Positions 17,826 through 25,554 of a DNA stretch of 41,221 nt are shown piece by piece. Within the stretch, counting starts at the first letter, position 1; each line of letters starts with the position of its first letter. The DNA comes from a virus. Made by a program: the position numbers and the translations under genes. The notes beneath the pieces were generated by a model. The model searched no databases, was not told the DNA's origin, and saw nothing but the letters and a program-made list of their open reading frames with translations. The stretch is from the IMG/VR virus record IMGVR_UViG_3300004242_000001, positions 1 through 41,221 of that record; one strand, 5' to 3'.

Positions 17826-18475
17826 TACTTTTTCTCCTCCGTGTTTACGCCAGCCGATAATTCCTCTGCCGCTTTCGCCAGGTCGTCCAGCATGTCCTCG
17901 TCCACGGTATGCGCCCCGCCGTCCGCCTTCTTCTTCAACACCGCCGCCAGTTGAGTCAACGGGATGTAATCGCCAGTCATCTCCATAAACAGCTTGAGGT
18001 GGTTGAAATATTTATAGTCATCGCCAGCCTTCTTCATGCCTTCGATCAGGCTCTTGAAACTATCCCCTCGGTGCTCCCACATCTCTGCCGATTGCAAAAT
18101 GGCGATCTGCGTCTCAATGGCAGGGTTTTTCTTGCGCCATGCCATAATCGCGCGGTCGCTGGTCAAGTTCAAATACCTCCGCGCAAGTTCGTCCTGCGTC
18201 TCTGGGTATCGTCCCTCTTTCGGGGTGGACGCCCACGCAATATAAACCGCCTGCCGCCACGGCCACCCGCCAGTGATCAACGCCTCGAAGCGTGAAAACC
18301 ACGCAGGCTGGTTTGCCTCACCCTTCAAGGCAAGGAAAGCCGAACGACCAGCCTCCGACCTTATCCGCGCCTCTTCGACAGAAACGCCGTCGCTCTCGAC
18401 CTCTGGCAATTCCAGGTCAAGAGCAATCTGCTGGTATTCATCCTTCAATTCGTATACTGGCTTGATGTTTGGCAT
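17825..18475 (-). CDS. terS: Terminase small subunit (putative)
   Basis: 216 aa directly upstream of terL and coupled to it. HTH-like block GGWPWRQAVYIAWASTPKEGRYPETQDELARRYLNLTSDRAIMAWRKKNP. Confidence 0.65.
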   Translation of the reverse strand: MPNIKPVYELKDEYQQIALDLELPEVESDGVSVEEARIRSEAGRSAFLALKGEANQPAWFSRFEALITGGWPWRQAVYIAWASTPKEGRYPETQDELARRYLNLTSDRAIMAWRKKNPAIETQIAILQSAEMWEHRGDSFKSLIEGMKKAGDDYKYFNHLKLFMEMTGDYIPLTQLAAVLKKKADGGAHTVDEDMLDDLAKAAEELSAGVNTEEKK

Positions 18476-18499
18476 TTTATGTCTCTTGCTTTTATTTCT

Positions 18500-18796
18500 T
18501 CATGGCGTCAACGCGCCGCTATTTACGAGCATGATAAGAACCATAACCAAAAACGAGCATCCGCTCACCACGAACTGCGCCACCAAAGCCCCAATCACCA
18601 ACCAGATAAATTTATTGACATTGTTTATCCAGTCGCTGTGCCGCCTGTTTTCAGAAACGAGGGACGGCTTGCCATTGCCAACGATTACAGCCTGGTACAA
18701 GCTCTGAACTTTATTCGCCAGTTCCTGCTCCCCTGCAATGTGCAGCGTCAACTGCTTGCCAATTGACTCCAACGTCCACAAGCCGTCCTCGCTCAT
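18500..18796 (-). CDS. Membrane-anchored coiled-coil protein (XhlA-like architecture; possible lysis accessory)
   Basis: Helical N-terminal part, then a single C-terminal TM segment (FIWLVIGALVAQFVVSGCSFLVMVLIML). Adjacent to the holin-like gene. Confidence 0.3.
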   Translation of the reverse strand: MSEDGLWTLESIGKQLTLHIAGEQELANKVQSLYQAVIVGNGKPSLVSENRRHSDWINNVNKFIWLVIGALVAQFVVSGCSFLVMVLIMLVNSGALTP

Positions 18797-18800
18797 AATC

Positions 18801-19172
18801 TTATTTCTTCAAAACGCTGAGCGAAACAAGGGCGCCCTGGGCGCCTGCGCCGATAATCAATGCAGAAAACATTTCAATCGCGCCGATAACCTGCTCCTCG
18901 CTCAATGGGAAGTCAACCCAGAACGCTTTTGCGCCCAGCACGATAATGCCAGCAGCCAACGAACGGAACTTCCAACTGCCAAGCATGGCTTTGAAATTGT
19001 CGCCAATGCGCTGCCCTTCCAGACCCTCGCCCACCAGGTACGCCGCCAGCAAGCCAAAGAAACCAATCGTCTGCTCCTCGGTAAAGGGCAGGTCTGGGAA
19101 CAATGCGTTCAGCGCAAGAAACACAATGCCCGCAATCAAAGCAAACAGCATACGAATACGATTTTTATCCAT
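18801..19172 (-). CDS. Four-TM membrane protein with an internal duplication (holin-like candidate)
   Basis: ATG at 19172 (MDKNRIRMLF…) with an AAGGAG RBS. Two repeats of TM-[F(P/V)D(L/F)P(F/L)(T/S)EEQ(T/V)IG]-TM. The longer track ORF (to 19331) crosses a terminator. Confidence 0.4.
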   Translation of the reverse strand: MDKNRIRMLFALIAGIVFLALNALFPDLPFTEEQTIGFFGLLAAYLVGEGLEGQRIGDNFKAMLGSWKFRSLAAGIIVLGAKAFWVDFPLSEEQVIGAIEMFSALIIGAGAQGALVSLSVLKK

Positions 19173-19190
19173 CTGAATCTCCTTTTGAAT

Positions 19191-19243
19191 TCTCCTCCTC
19201 CCCCAAATTCGTATCTCCGAATTTGGGGGAGGTTGGGAGGGGG
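19191..19243 (-). repeat. C-rich/G-rich hairpin element, copy C (just after the late-leader terminator)
   Basis: mRNA sense: CCCCCTCCCAACCTCCCCCAAATTCGGAGATACGAATTTGGGGAGGAGGAGAA. Confidence 0.8.
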
Positions 19244-19245
19244 TG

Positions 19246-19289
19246 AAAACAAAAAAGCGCCACCGCGACATTTCTGTCGCGATGGCGCT
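19246..19289 (-). terminator. Strong intrinsic terminator at the end of the late-promoter leader
   Basis: mRNA sense: AGCGCCATCGCGACA-GAAA-TGTCGCGGTGGCGCT (15-bp stem, one G:U pair) followed by TTTTTTGTTTT. Confidence 0.8.
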
Positions 19290-19394
19290 CTCCATCACAA
19301 ACCTTTGACCCCGCCTATTTTCCTCCCCCATTTCGGCGCTCTCTAAAAATGGGAGAGCGCAGGGTGGGGGGTGGATTGCTGGGTCAGCGAAAAT

Positions 19395-19422
19395 ATTCTA
19401 TTGCACAAATATTTTAAGTCAA
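19395..19422 (-). promoter_or_regulatory. Sigma70-like promoter (candidate late promoter)
   Basis: Minus strand: TTGACT (19417..19422), 16-bp spacer, TAGAAT (19395..19400), in an AT-rich gap. Confidence 0.55.
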
Positions 19423-19457
19423 TTTCTAAAATTTAACAAGAGTCTCAAACACAAATT

Positions 19458-19673
19458 CTAATGTTGTTTGTGTTGCAAAATTGCCTCGCCAACCATTGCC
19501 ACCTCCTCCAATAAAAAATTGAAATGTCTCAAATGTTCCACCTGTTTCCATGCCGCCCGATCAATTTCGCTAATCCCCTCCGCCATCTCCTGCACCTTCG
19601 AAAAACAAAGCTGGAGTTTGTTCAACTCCAGCCTGTAAACTTCCTTCGGGTCAATGATGTATTTTCTTTTCAT
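19458..19673 (-). CDS. Hypothetical protein (71 aa)
   Basis: Coupled ORF with plausible helical composition. Confidence 0.5.
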   Translation of the reverse strand: MKRKYIIDPKEVYRLELNKLQLCFSKVQEMAEGISEIDRAAWKQVEHLRHFNFLLEEVAMVGEAILQHKQH

Positions 19674-19948
19674 TTTTGCCCCTTGGCATATTCGCCCTTG
19701 CAGTGCAATCGGTCGCTGATGTCCCTCAACTCACCCGCGATATGCCTCAAATCCCCAACGTGACCCCAGTGGTGCCCGCCTGCGCCGCTTGCGTTGCGAT
19801 CATGCGCCTGCAATCCCGCCTTTATCTCTTTCAAAAGTTTCTCTATCTCAGCCTGCGTCTCTTCATACTTTTTCAAGCTTCCTTCTCGGCTGGTAATGTT
19901 GCGTTTCTTCGCGTTTTCTTTTTTGATTTCCAAAATTGACTTTTTCAT
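19670..19948 (-). CDS. Hypothetical protein (92 aa from MKKSILEIKK…)
   Basis: The internal ATG at 19948 avoids overlap with the upstream gene. Lys/Glu-rich. Confidence 0.5.
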   Translation of the reverse strand: MKKSILEIKKENAKKRNITSREGSLKKYEETQAEIEKLLKEIKAGLQAHDRNASGAGGHHWGHVGDLRHIAGELRDISDRLHCKGEYAKGQK

Positions 19949-19958
19949 GACTGCCGCC

Positions 19959-20231
19959 TTACAACTTATCTTCTTCGTCTTCACAATCTTCTTCTTCTTC
20001 GATCTCTTCCTGCAACCGCTCGATCCATGTGTCGCAGTTCAAATCTCGGCTCAAAAAACCATGATCGTCTGAAGCCATAATCTTCAAATGATCCACCAGG
20101 TAGGCTTCCGCGTTTCTGTCATTTGTCAACCTGACTGCGTCGTCCAAGAGGTAAATCGCTTCTTGCAATAATGTTTTAGCCTCTTCAATGTTATCGATTG
20201 CCCGTTCGTGATTTTCCTTGCTGTTTTTCAT
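19959..20231 (-). CDS. Hypothetical acidic protein (90 aa from MKNSKENHER…)
   Basis: The ATG at 20231 is preceded by AAGGAG. C-terminus is EEIEEEEDCEDEEDKL. Confidence 0.5.
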   Translation of the reverse strand: MKNSKENHERAIDNIEEAKTLLQEAIYLLDDAVRLTNDRNAEAYLVDHLKIMASDDHGFLSRDLNCDTWIERLQEEIEEEEDCEDEEDKL

Positions 20232-20292
20232 GATTGACTCCTTTGTTTGATTTTCGCCATTAGGAAGCGGAACGCAAAGGAAGTCAAGCAAT

Positions 20293-21528
20293 TTATGTGA
20301 GCAAGATTGGCGTCAATCCTGTAAACAAGCGCCACCGCTCGATTATCACCGCCGCATAGATCGGATCCAATTCCACCGCCCTGCACCGCCTGCCCAACTG
20401 CTCGCAAACAATCACAGTCGTCCCACTCCCTGCAAATGGATCAAGCGCCAAATCGCCAGGCAAACTTGAGTTGACTAACGACCGCTCGACCAATAAAAGA
20501 GGCTTCATCGTTGGATGGTCATCGCTGCGCTTCGGTCGGTCGATTTGCCACACATCGCTTTGTTTGCGATCCACAACCTCACGAATCCGACCTGCATCTC
20601 CACGCCATCCATACCAAAGCGGCTCGAACTGTGTATGGTAATCTTTGCGCGAAAGCACCAGTTGATCCTTCATCCAGATAATCGTGCTCGACCAATGGAA
20701 TCCCTGTTCCCTCAAAGCCTTGTCGATGACGGGCCACTCCTGGGCGCTCATCGCCAGGTAGATGGGTGCGCCCTTTTCGCTGGCGTCGTAAATACTCTTC
20801 ACTGCCGCGCGGATAAATTCGGGGAATTTGTCCCCCAGATTGTCATTTTTCATCGTTCGCTTTTTATATCCCTGCGCGTTATCCTTCTCGATGTCCTCTC
20901 CATACGCAACATTCCACGGTGGGTCAGTCCATGTAACTTTGACCTTTTCGTCGCCGAGCAAAGCCCTCATCACGTTTACGTCTCTGCAATCCCCAATAAA
21001 TAGCCGATGGCTTCCAAGCGCCCACAACTGACCCTCTTCCGTTTTCCACTTCTCGACCAACTCATTCGCATGTTCCACCAACTCAACAGGGTCCGCAGTT
21101 TCTTCTTCAATTTGACCGCCAGCGTCGAGAAGCAATTTTTGCAATTCCTTGTCGAGAAAACCCAGAGCGTCAAAATCCAGACCAGCCGCTGCATCCTCTG
21201 CAATGACCGATGCGTCCCACGCCAGGTCTATTTCCGCAACTCTGTTATCCAGGTATGCCAGTCTCCGCGCTTCGCCAGTCGCATCATCCAGGTTCAAATC
21301 CTGACGCTGCACAACGACCAGTTCATCTCGGCTTGTTGGCACAATCCGAACCTTCAGTCCCGCCTTCCTCGCTGCTTCCAGGGTTTTATTTCCAGCAATT
21401 ACGTTTCCATCTTTATCAGTCAAAATGGAACGCCCTGCCCCCAACTCTCGTATCGACTGTTCAAGAAGTTCTTTCCCCCGCCCTGTGCCTTTGTTGGCGT
21501 TGCGCTTATCGAATTTCAAATCATCCAT
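20293..21528 (-). CDS. ParB-like N-terminal domain fused to a beta-class N6/N4 DNA methyltransferase, DPPW type (predicted m6A)
   Basis: Motif IV TWTDPPWNV, motif I DPFAGSGTT. The N-terminal 100 aa is paralogous to that of the next gene (NANKGT…GAGRS…VIAGNKTLEAARKAG). Confidence 0.8.
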   Translation of the reverse strand: MDDLKFDKRNANKGTGRGKELLEQSIRELGAGRSILTDKDGNVIAGNKTLEAARKAGLKVRIVPTSRDELVVVQRQDLNLDDATGEARRLAYLDNRVAEIDLAWDASVIAEDAAAGLDFDALGFLDKELQKLLLDAGGQIEEETADPVELVEHANELVEKWKTEEGQLWALGSHRLFIGDCRDVNVMRALLGDEKVKVTWTDPPWNVAYGEDIEKDNAQGYKKRTMKNDNLGDKFPEFIRAAVKSIYDASEKGAPIYLAMSAQEWPVIDKALREQGFHWSSTIIWMKDQLVLSRKDYHTQFEPLWYGWRGDAGRIREVVDRKQSDVWQIDRPKRSDDHPTMKPLLLVERSLVNSSLPGDLALDPFAGSGTTVIVCEQLGRRCRAVELDPIYAAVIIERWRLFTGLTPILLT

Positions 21529-22921
21529 GTTGGTTCTCCTCTCCCCCTAAATCGCGCTCTTCGATTTGGGGGGATGTCGCTGTACCCAGCGACAGGGGGG
21601 TCGGATTTTTGCCCGTCAATAAATTCCACCTCTCCAATGTAGCCGCCACATATTTCGGCAGCAACTCTGCCCCACGGCAAACTCTCCCCATAATCTCGCA
21701 CGCGATCAACGTTGTTCCACTCCCGCAAAACGGCTCGAAGACAATCTCACCGCGCTTTGTATAAAGCATCAAATGGCGCACTGGCAATTCCAGCGGGAAT
21801 GCCGCTTCATGTCCGTTTGACCTGGCATTCCCCTTGATGTCATCCCAGTACGCCCTCAACGCCCACGACATGCCCGTCCATTCCTGACCACGCTGCTTTC
21901 CTTGCTTGTGATAAAACGCCAAAAGACTCTGCACGTCATCCTCGCGCAGGGCATCCTCGAAGCGCATCGGAGCGCCATCCACGTTTTCATAGGTTCCCAA
22001 ATACTCGCAGTGCTGGTCAATCACGTCTGTCTTTGGCGACGTAGCCATCACCTGACCTTCCTTCAGCCAGTGTCTTACATGCCGCAGGTTCCACCCACGT
22101 GAGCGCAACTCATTTGTCCACTGATCGATCAACAGCAATACATGACGCTTTTGTTTTTTATCAAACGCCGTTGTGAATCCAGTTCCAGTGTTGATCACCA
22201 CCCTGCTTCCATCTCTGCAAGTTGCCGCGTCAATCACACAGCATACCTTTTCGATGAATTCCGCAATTTCCGTCTCACTCTTTTGTTCTTCATACTTCAT
22301 CCCCACCCAATACGGCGGACTGGTAAACGTGAGCGTCGCTTTTTGTGTACCCATAAGGTTATCGATATTGGTTAGGCTCGTTGTATCTCCGCATACCAAC
22401 CGATGAGCGCCAAGCGTCCACACCTGCCCAGTCTCCACGCCCCATTTATGGATCAGTTCATCTCCGTGATCGCTTTGATCACCTGGGTCTTTTCCAGTCT
22501 CATCTCCCAGTCCAGCCTGATCGAGCAACTGCCGCAGTTCCCCCTCGAGGAAACCTATTCCGTCAAAATTCAAACCTGATACAGCATCCTCGGCAATCTG
22601 CTCCGCATCCCAGTTCAAGTCCAACTCGCCTACGCGGTTATCCAGATACGCCAGCCTTCGCGCCTCGCCCGCCGAGTCTTTCAAATCCAGGTCGTCGCGC
22701 TGCACCATTACCAATTCATCCCGCTCGCTTTTGACCACGCGCACTTTCAACCCTAACTTCTGCGCCATCTCCAAGGTCTTGTTTCCTGCAATTACATTCC
22801 CGTCCTTATCGACCAACCCTGAGCGACCTGCGCCCAATTCCTCCAGGGATTGCTTGAGCAGTTCCTGTCCACGCCTTGTGCCTTTGTTGGCATTATTCTG
22901 ATCCAGTTTCAGGTTCGTCAT
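21521..22921 (-). CDS. ParB-like N-terminal domain fused to a DNA methyltransferase, SPPY type (predicted m4C)
   Basis: Motif IV FTSPPYWVG, motif I EPFCGSGTT, and a large insertion between the motifs compared with its neighbour. Confidence 0.8.
   Translation of the reverse strand: MTNLKLDQNNANKGTRRGQELLKQSLEELGAGRSGLVDKDGNVIAGNKTLEMAQKLGLKVRVVKSERDELVMVQRDDLDLKDSAGEARRLAYLDNRVGELDLNWDAEQIAEDAVSGLNFDGIGFLEGELRQLLDQAGLGDETGKDPGDQSDHGDELIHKWGVETGQVWTLGAHRLVCGDTTSLTNIDNLMGTQKATLTFTSPPYWVGMKYEEQKSETEIAEFIEKVCCVIDAATCRDGSRVVINTGTGFTTAFDKKQKRHVLLLIDQWTNELRSRGWNLRHVRHWLKEGQVMATSPKTDVIDQHCEYLGTYENVDGAPMRFEDALREDDVQSLLAFYHKQGKQRGQEWTGMSWALRAYWDDIKGNARSNGHEAAFPLELPVRHLMLYTKRGEIVFEPFCGSGTTLIACEIMGRVCRGAELLPKYVAATLERWNLLTGKNPTPLSLGTATSPQIEERDLGGEENQHG
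21534..21604 (-). other. Two hairpins upstream of the DPPW methyltransferase start (variant of the C/G-rich element)
   Basis: mRNA sense: CCTGTCGCTGGGTACAGCGACA, then CCCCCCAAATCGAAGAGCGCGATTTAGGGGGAGAGGAGAACCAACATG. Confidence 0.5.
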
Positions 22922-23522
22922 CTTTTACCTCGCTCTCCAATGCTTTGACCAGGTCATCCAATTCCGCGTCTGTTTTGACGCCTGCCTGTCCCCTGGCAGT
23001 TAGCGCCGCCAGCAGTTTATGGGTGGGCATGTAATCCCCCATCAATTCCAGCGCCAATTTGCGGTCATTGTGACTCTTATATTCAGGCTTCACTGCCACA
23101 GCCACCAGCGCCGTATAAATCTCCGCTCGATGTTTGAACAGCGGACCCGCCTGCATCATTCTTACCATTTCATCGATGGCAGGGTTTTTCTTCCGCCACG
23201 TCATGATTGCCCGATCACTCGAAAGCCCCAGGTGATTTCGCGCCAGGTCTTCCTGCGTCTTTGGTTCTCGGCTCCCCTTCGGTGTGGATGCCCATGCAAT
23301 GTATGCCGCCACCCGCCACGGCCACCCACCCTTGCACAATTCCATGTAATCGTCCAACCAGCGCGGCGACCCAAGCTTTCCAACCATCCCCTCCAACGCC
23401 TTACGTGCCACCTGTTCCCGCAGCCTCATTTCATCAAGATTGATAGCCTCTGATGCCGCCCCTTCGACCGCTGGCAACTCCAACGCCAAAGGCAGTTGAT
23501 AACTAAACTTTTGTAACGGCAT
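22893..23522 (-). CDS. TerS-like DNA-binding protein (full-length paralog of 17825..18475)
   Basis: GGWPWRVAAYIAWASTPKGSREPKTQEDLARNHLGLSSDRAIMTWRKKNPAI aligns with the TerS block. The ATG at 23522 has an AAGGAG RBS. Confidence 0.65.
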   Translation of the reverse strand: MPLQKFSYQLPLALELPAVEGAASEAINLDEMRLREQVARKALEGMVGKLGSPRWLDDYMELCKGGWPWRVAAYIAWASTPKGSREPKTQEDLARNHLGLSSDRAIMTWRKKNPAIDEMVRMMQAGPLFKHRAEIYTALVAVAVKPEYKSHNDRKLALELMGDYMPTHKLLAALTARGQAGVKTDAELDDLVKALESEVKDDEPETGSE

Positions 23523-23539
23523 TTTTCTCCTTAAATAGC

Positions 23540-23581
23540 GAACAGCCAGCATGTGGACTGCGGGCCCGCATGTGGCTGTTC
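23540..23581 (-). other. 5'-leader hairpin of the TerS-like/methyltransferase operon
   Basis: GAACAGCCA…TGGCTGTTC arms enclosing the 12-bp palindrome TGCGGGCCCGCA. It begins about where the promoter below would start transcription. Confidence 0.5.
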
Positions 23582-23588
23582 GGTTTTT

Positions 23589-23617
23589 ATTTTAGAACGT
23601 GCGTTCTATTTTGTCAA
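23589..23617 (-). promoter_or_regulatory. Near-consensus sigma70 promoter
   Basis: Minus strand: TTGACA (23612..23617), 17-bp spacer, TAAAAT (23589..23594). Confidence 0.65.
23593..23608. promoter_or_regulatory. Palindromic operator-like site in the promoter spacer
   Basis: TAGAACG-TG-CGTTCTA, perfect 7-bp arms. Confidence 0.5.
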
Positions 23618-23621
23618 GTAT

Positions 23622-23861
23622 TCATTTCTTCCTCATTATCCTGTTGACCAATCCCAGCCCCTTGGACTTCAACCGCAACCCCAGCGGAGCCTTCTTCCCG
23701 CGCGCCTGAAACCCGTCACACCCATGCTCAACCCCAACCCGCATCAAAAACCACTTCGACTGCGAGTTCGAGCACCACTTTCCAGTTCCAGGGATGATCT
23801 CGTCTCCGCTCCCTGGTTCACGATAATACTGACAGTTTTGACAAATAGGCTTCATGACCAC
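23622..23861 (-). CDS. Small Cys-containing protein (possible zinc ribbon)
   Basis: MKPICQNCQYY…KWCSNS…HGCDGF and a basic C-terminus. Confidence 0.5.
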   Translation of the reverse strand: MVMKPICQNCQYYREPGSGDEIIPGTGKWCSNSQSKWFLMRVGVEHGCDGFQARGKKAPLGLRLKSKGLGLVNRIMRKK

Positions 23862-23864
23862 ATT

Positions 23865-24119
23865 TTACTTCTTTTCATCATCATGATTTACCCCTATGTT
23901 TCTATGTCTATACTGAAGTTCAACGATATAAGAAAAACGAAACGGAGAAACGCCACGTTTTTCCCAGTGCGTAGTGCAAGCATTGAACTCCCTAATAAAT
24001 ACAGGATACGACATCGGCTCGCCAAAGCGACTTTCTTCACCTTCGCTAAAGCCAGCAAAAAACATTTTATCTTTCAGAATAATGTATTTTTCAAACTTCT
24101 CTTTTTGATATTCACTCAT
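23865..24119 (-). CDS. Hypothetical protein (84 aa from MSEYQKEKF…)
   Basis: ATGA coupling to the DUF5131 gene stop. Confidence 0.5.
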   Translation of the reverse strand: MSEYQKEKFEKYIILKDKMFFAGFSEGEESRFGEPMSYPVFIREFNACTTHWEKRGVSPFRFSYIVELQYRHRNIGVNHDDEKK

Positions 24120-24940
24120 TTCGGCATCTCCCTCCACTCCTGACCATCCAACACGTGCCCAGCCAGTCCCTTCCCCACGCGGACCATCACCTCACCTGCC
24201 ACATCGATTGGTCGATACTTGAAAGTGGTCTTGTCCGTAATCCACGGCAAATGGCTGAGTGGGGCGTGTGCGCCCCACTGTTTGAAGTAAAACGGGATAT
24301 TGTTTGCAGAGCAAAAATCCCGCGCATTTCGTGCCGCGCTCGGTGGCATCCCCCGCGCCTTCGCTCCGCTCTCCCCACCGCATACCATCCAATCCAAAAA
24401 CTCCCAGCCATACCAGCCAACAGCCTCCAGCGCAGGCTCGTAACTCGCCCACGTCCGCCAGCCGTTTCTATGTAAATAATTCATTGGCTTCAATCGCGCA
24501 TCCGCCGCTTTCTGGTTTTCAACGCTCACCCCCAACAGAACATTTGGCAGCGCATCCCGCAAAGTCAAAATTTCCGCCATTCGATCAGGACGCTTTGTCA
24601 AAACGTAATAAGTATGCCTGGGCGTAGATTCCATCACGTCGAATATCTGATAAACATGCAATGGGCGCGTCGTATGGTGGAACAAATCCCCCATAAAAGA
24701 CACGAGTATATTTTGCGGCTTTCTCCACTTGAGCGGTTCCTTCAACTTATGCGGCAGGAAAACAGTCTGCCCGCTCCAGCGTCCGTCATCATCCACGGCA
24801 ACTTGGTACTCAGGTCGTCCCATGCCCTTCATACGGATCGCCATTCGCAGCGCCCAGCAGTTCATGCACCCATCGCTTTTCTTACTGCACCCCACCACCA
24901 CATTCCAAGCCTTACCGCCGTAATCGATTCCTGTTTCCAT
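24116..24940 (-). CDS. Phage Gp37/Gp68 family protein (DUF5131)
   Basis: N-terminal signature …KAWNVVVGCSKKSDGCMNCWALRMA… and conserved length (274 aa). Confidence 0.7.
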   Translation of the reverse strand: METGIDYGGKAWNVVVGCSKKSDGCMNCWALRMAIRMKGMGRPEYQVAVDDDGRWSGQTVFLPHKLKEPLKWRKPQNILVSFMGDLFHHTTRPLHVYQIFDVMESTPRHTYYVLTKRPDRMAEILTLRDALPNVLLGVSVENQKAADARLKPMNYLHRNGWRTWASYEPALEAVGWYGWEFLDWMVCGGESGAKARGMPPSAARNARDFCSANNIPFYFKQWGAHAPLSHLPWITDKTTFKYRPIDVAGEVMVRVGKGLAGHVLDGQEWREMPK

Positions 24941-24952
24941 TTTATGCCTCCG

Positions 24953-25234
24953 TTATTCCTGCAAGAACAAACGAAAACGCCTGTCCGTATCTATATCCTT
25001 CTTCATCTTGCGTAGTTTCCGCCCCAACAGCAACGCCTTGGTCTTCCACTCGCGGCGCTGGCAAATCTCAACCGCATACTTCACGATATAAATATCGTCC
25101 AACACGTCGCTCTTCAAATGTGGCAGGGATGAACTCAAATCATCCACTGAAGTCGAAACCAAATCCAACGCCCGTTTCCGCAGCTTCATCTCGTGCATCT
25201 TCGCATCCAGGTCTTTATCGAGATTGCCCATCAT
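24953..25234 (-). CDS. Hypothetical protein (93 aa)
   Basis: Coupled ORF with a charged helical sequence. Confidence 0.5.
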   Translation of the reverse strand: MMGNLDKDLDAKMHEMKLRKRALDLVSTSVDDLSSSLPHLKSDVLDDIYIVKYAVEICQRREWKTKALLLGRKLRKMKKDIDTDRRFRLFLQE

Positions 25235-25554
25235 GCGCCTGCCTTTTTATATGACCTAATTTCAGCCAGTTCGCAAACGCGAACGGCTTTCAAGATATAA
25301 CACTCCTGGCAAAGATAAATTTCCTCACCCATCGAACTATCTTGATCACTCAAAACGATCACTGCATCGTCAGCGCCAGGTGCAAATGACTCAGATAACG
25401 CCAGGCTACCACCCAACATTGCAGTCAACCCAAAAACCTGCCTGGCAGAGTTCGGTTTTACTATCGCCATACTCACGCGCAAAACGTAAAAGCTGAACCC
25501 AACTGGACTACCGCAACAATCACACGCCCGCAAATCTGAAATTTTCATCTTCAC
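25231..25554 (-). CDS. Hypothetical Cys-pair protein (107 aa)
   Basis: CDCC near the N-terminus and CQEC near the C-terminus; ATGA-type coupling. Confidence 0.5.
   Translation of the reverse strand: MKMKISDLRACDCCGSPVGFSFYVLRVSMAIVKPNSARQVFGLTAMLGGSLALSESFAPGADDAVIVLSDQDSSMGEEIYLCQECYILKAVRVCELAEIRSYKKAGA

Noticed and set aside
19173-19331. N-terminal extension of the holin-like ORF (track ORF 18801..19331)
   Set aside because: The extension is in frame only by chance. It runs through a 15-bp-stem terminator and the repeated C/G-rich element, and the internal ATG at 19172 has a good AAGGAG RBS.
23553-24143. 196-aa plus-strand ORF opposite the small-gene cluster
   Set aside because: It is antisense to three coupled minus-strand ORFs, starts inside a promoter and leader hairpin, and has an implausible Leu/Phe/Ile-rich low-complexity composition.
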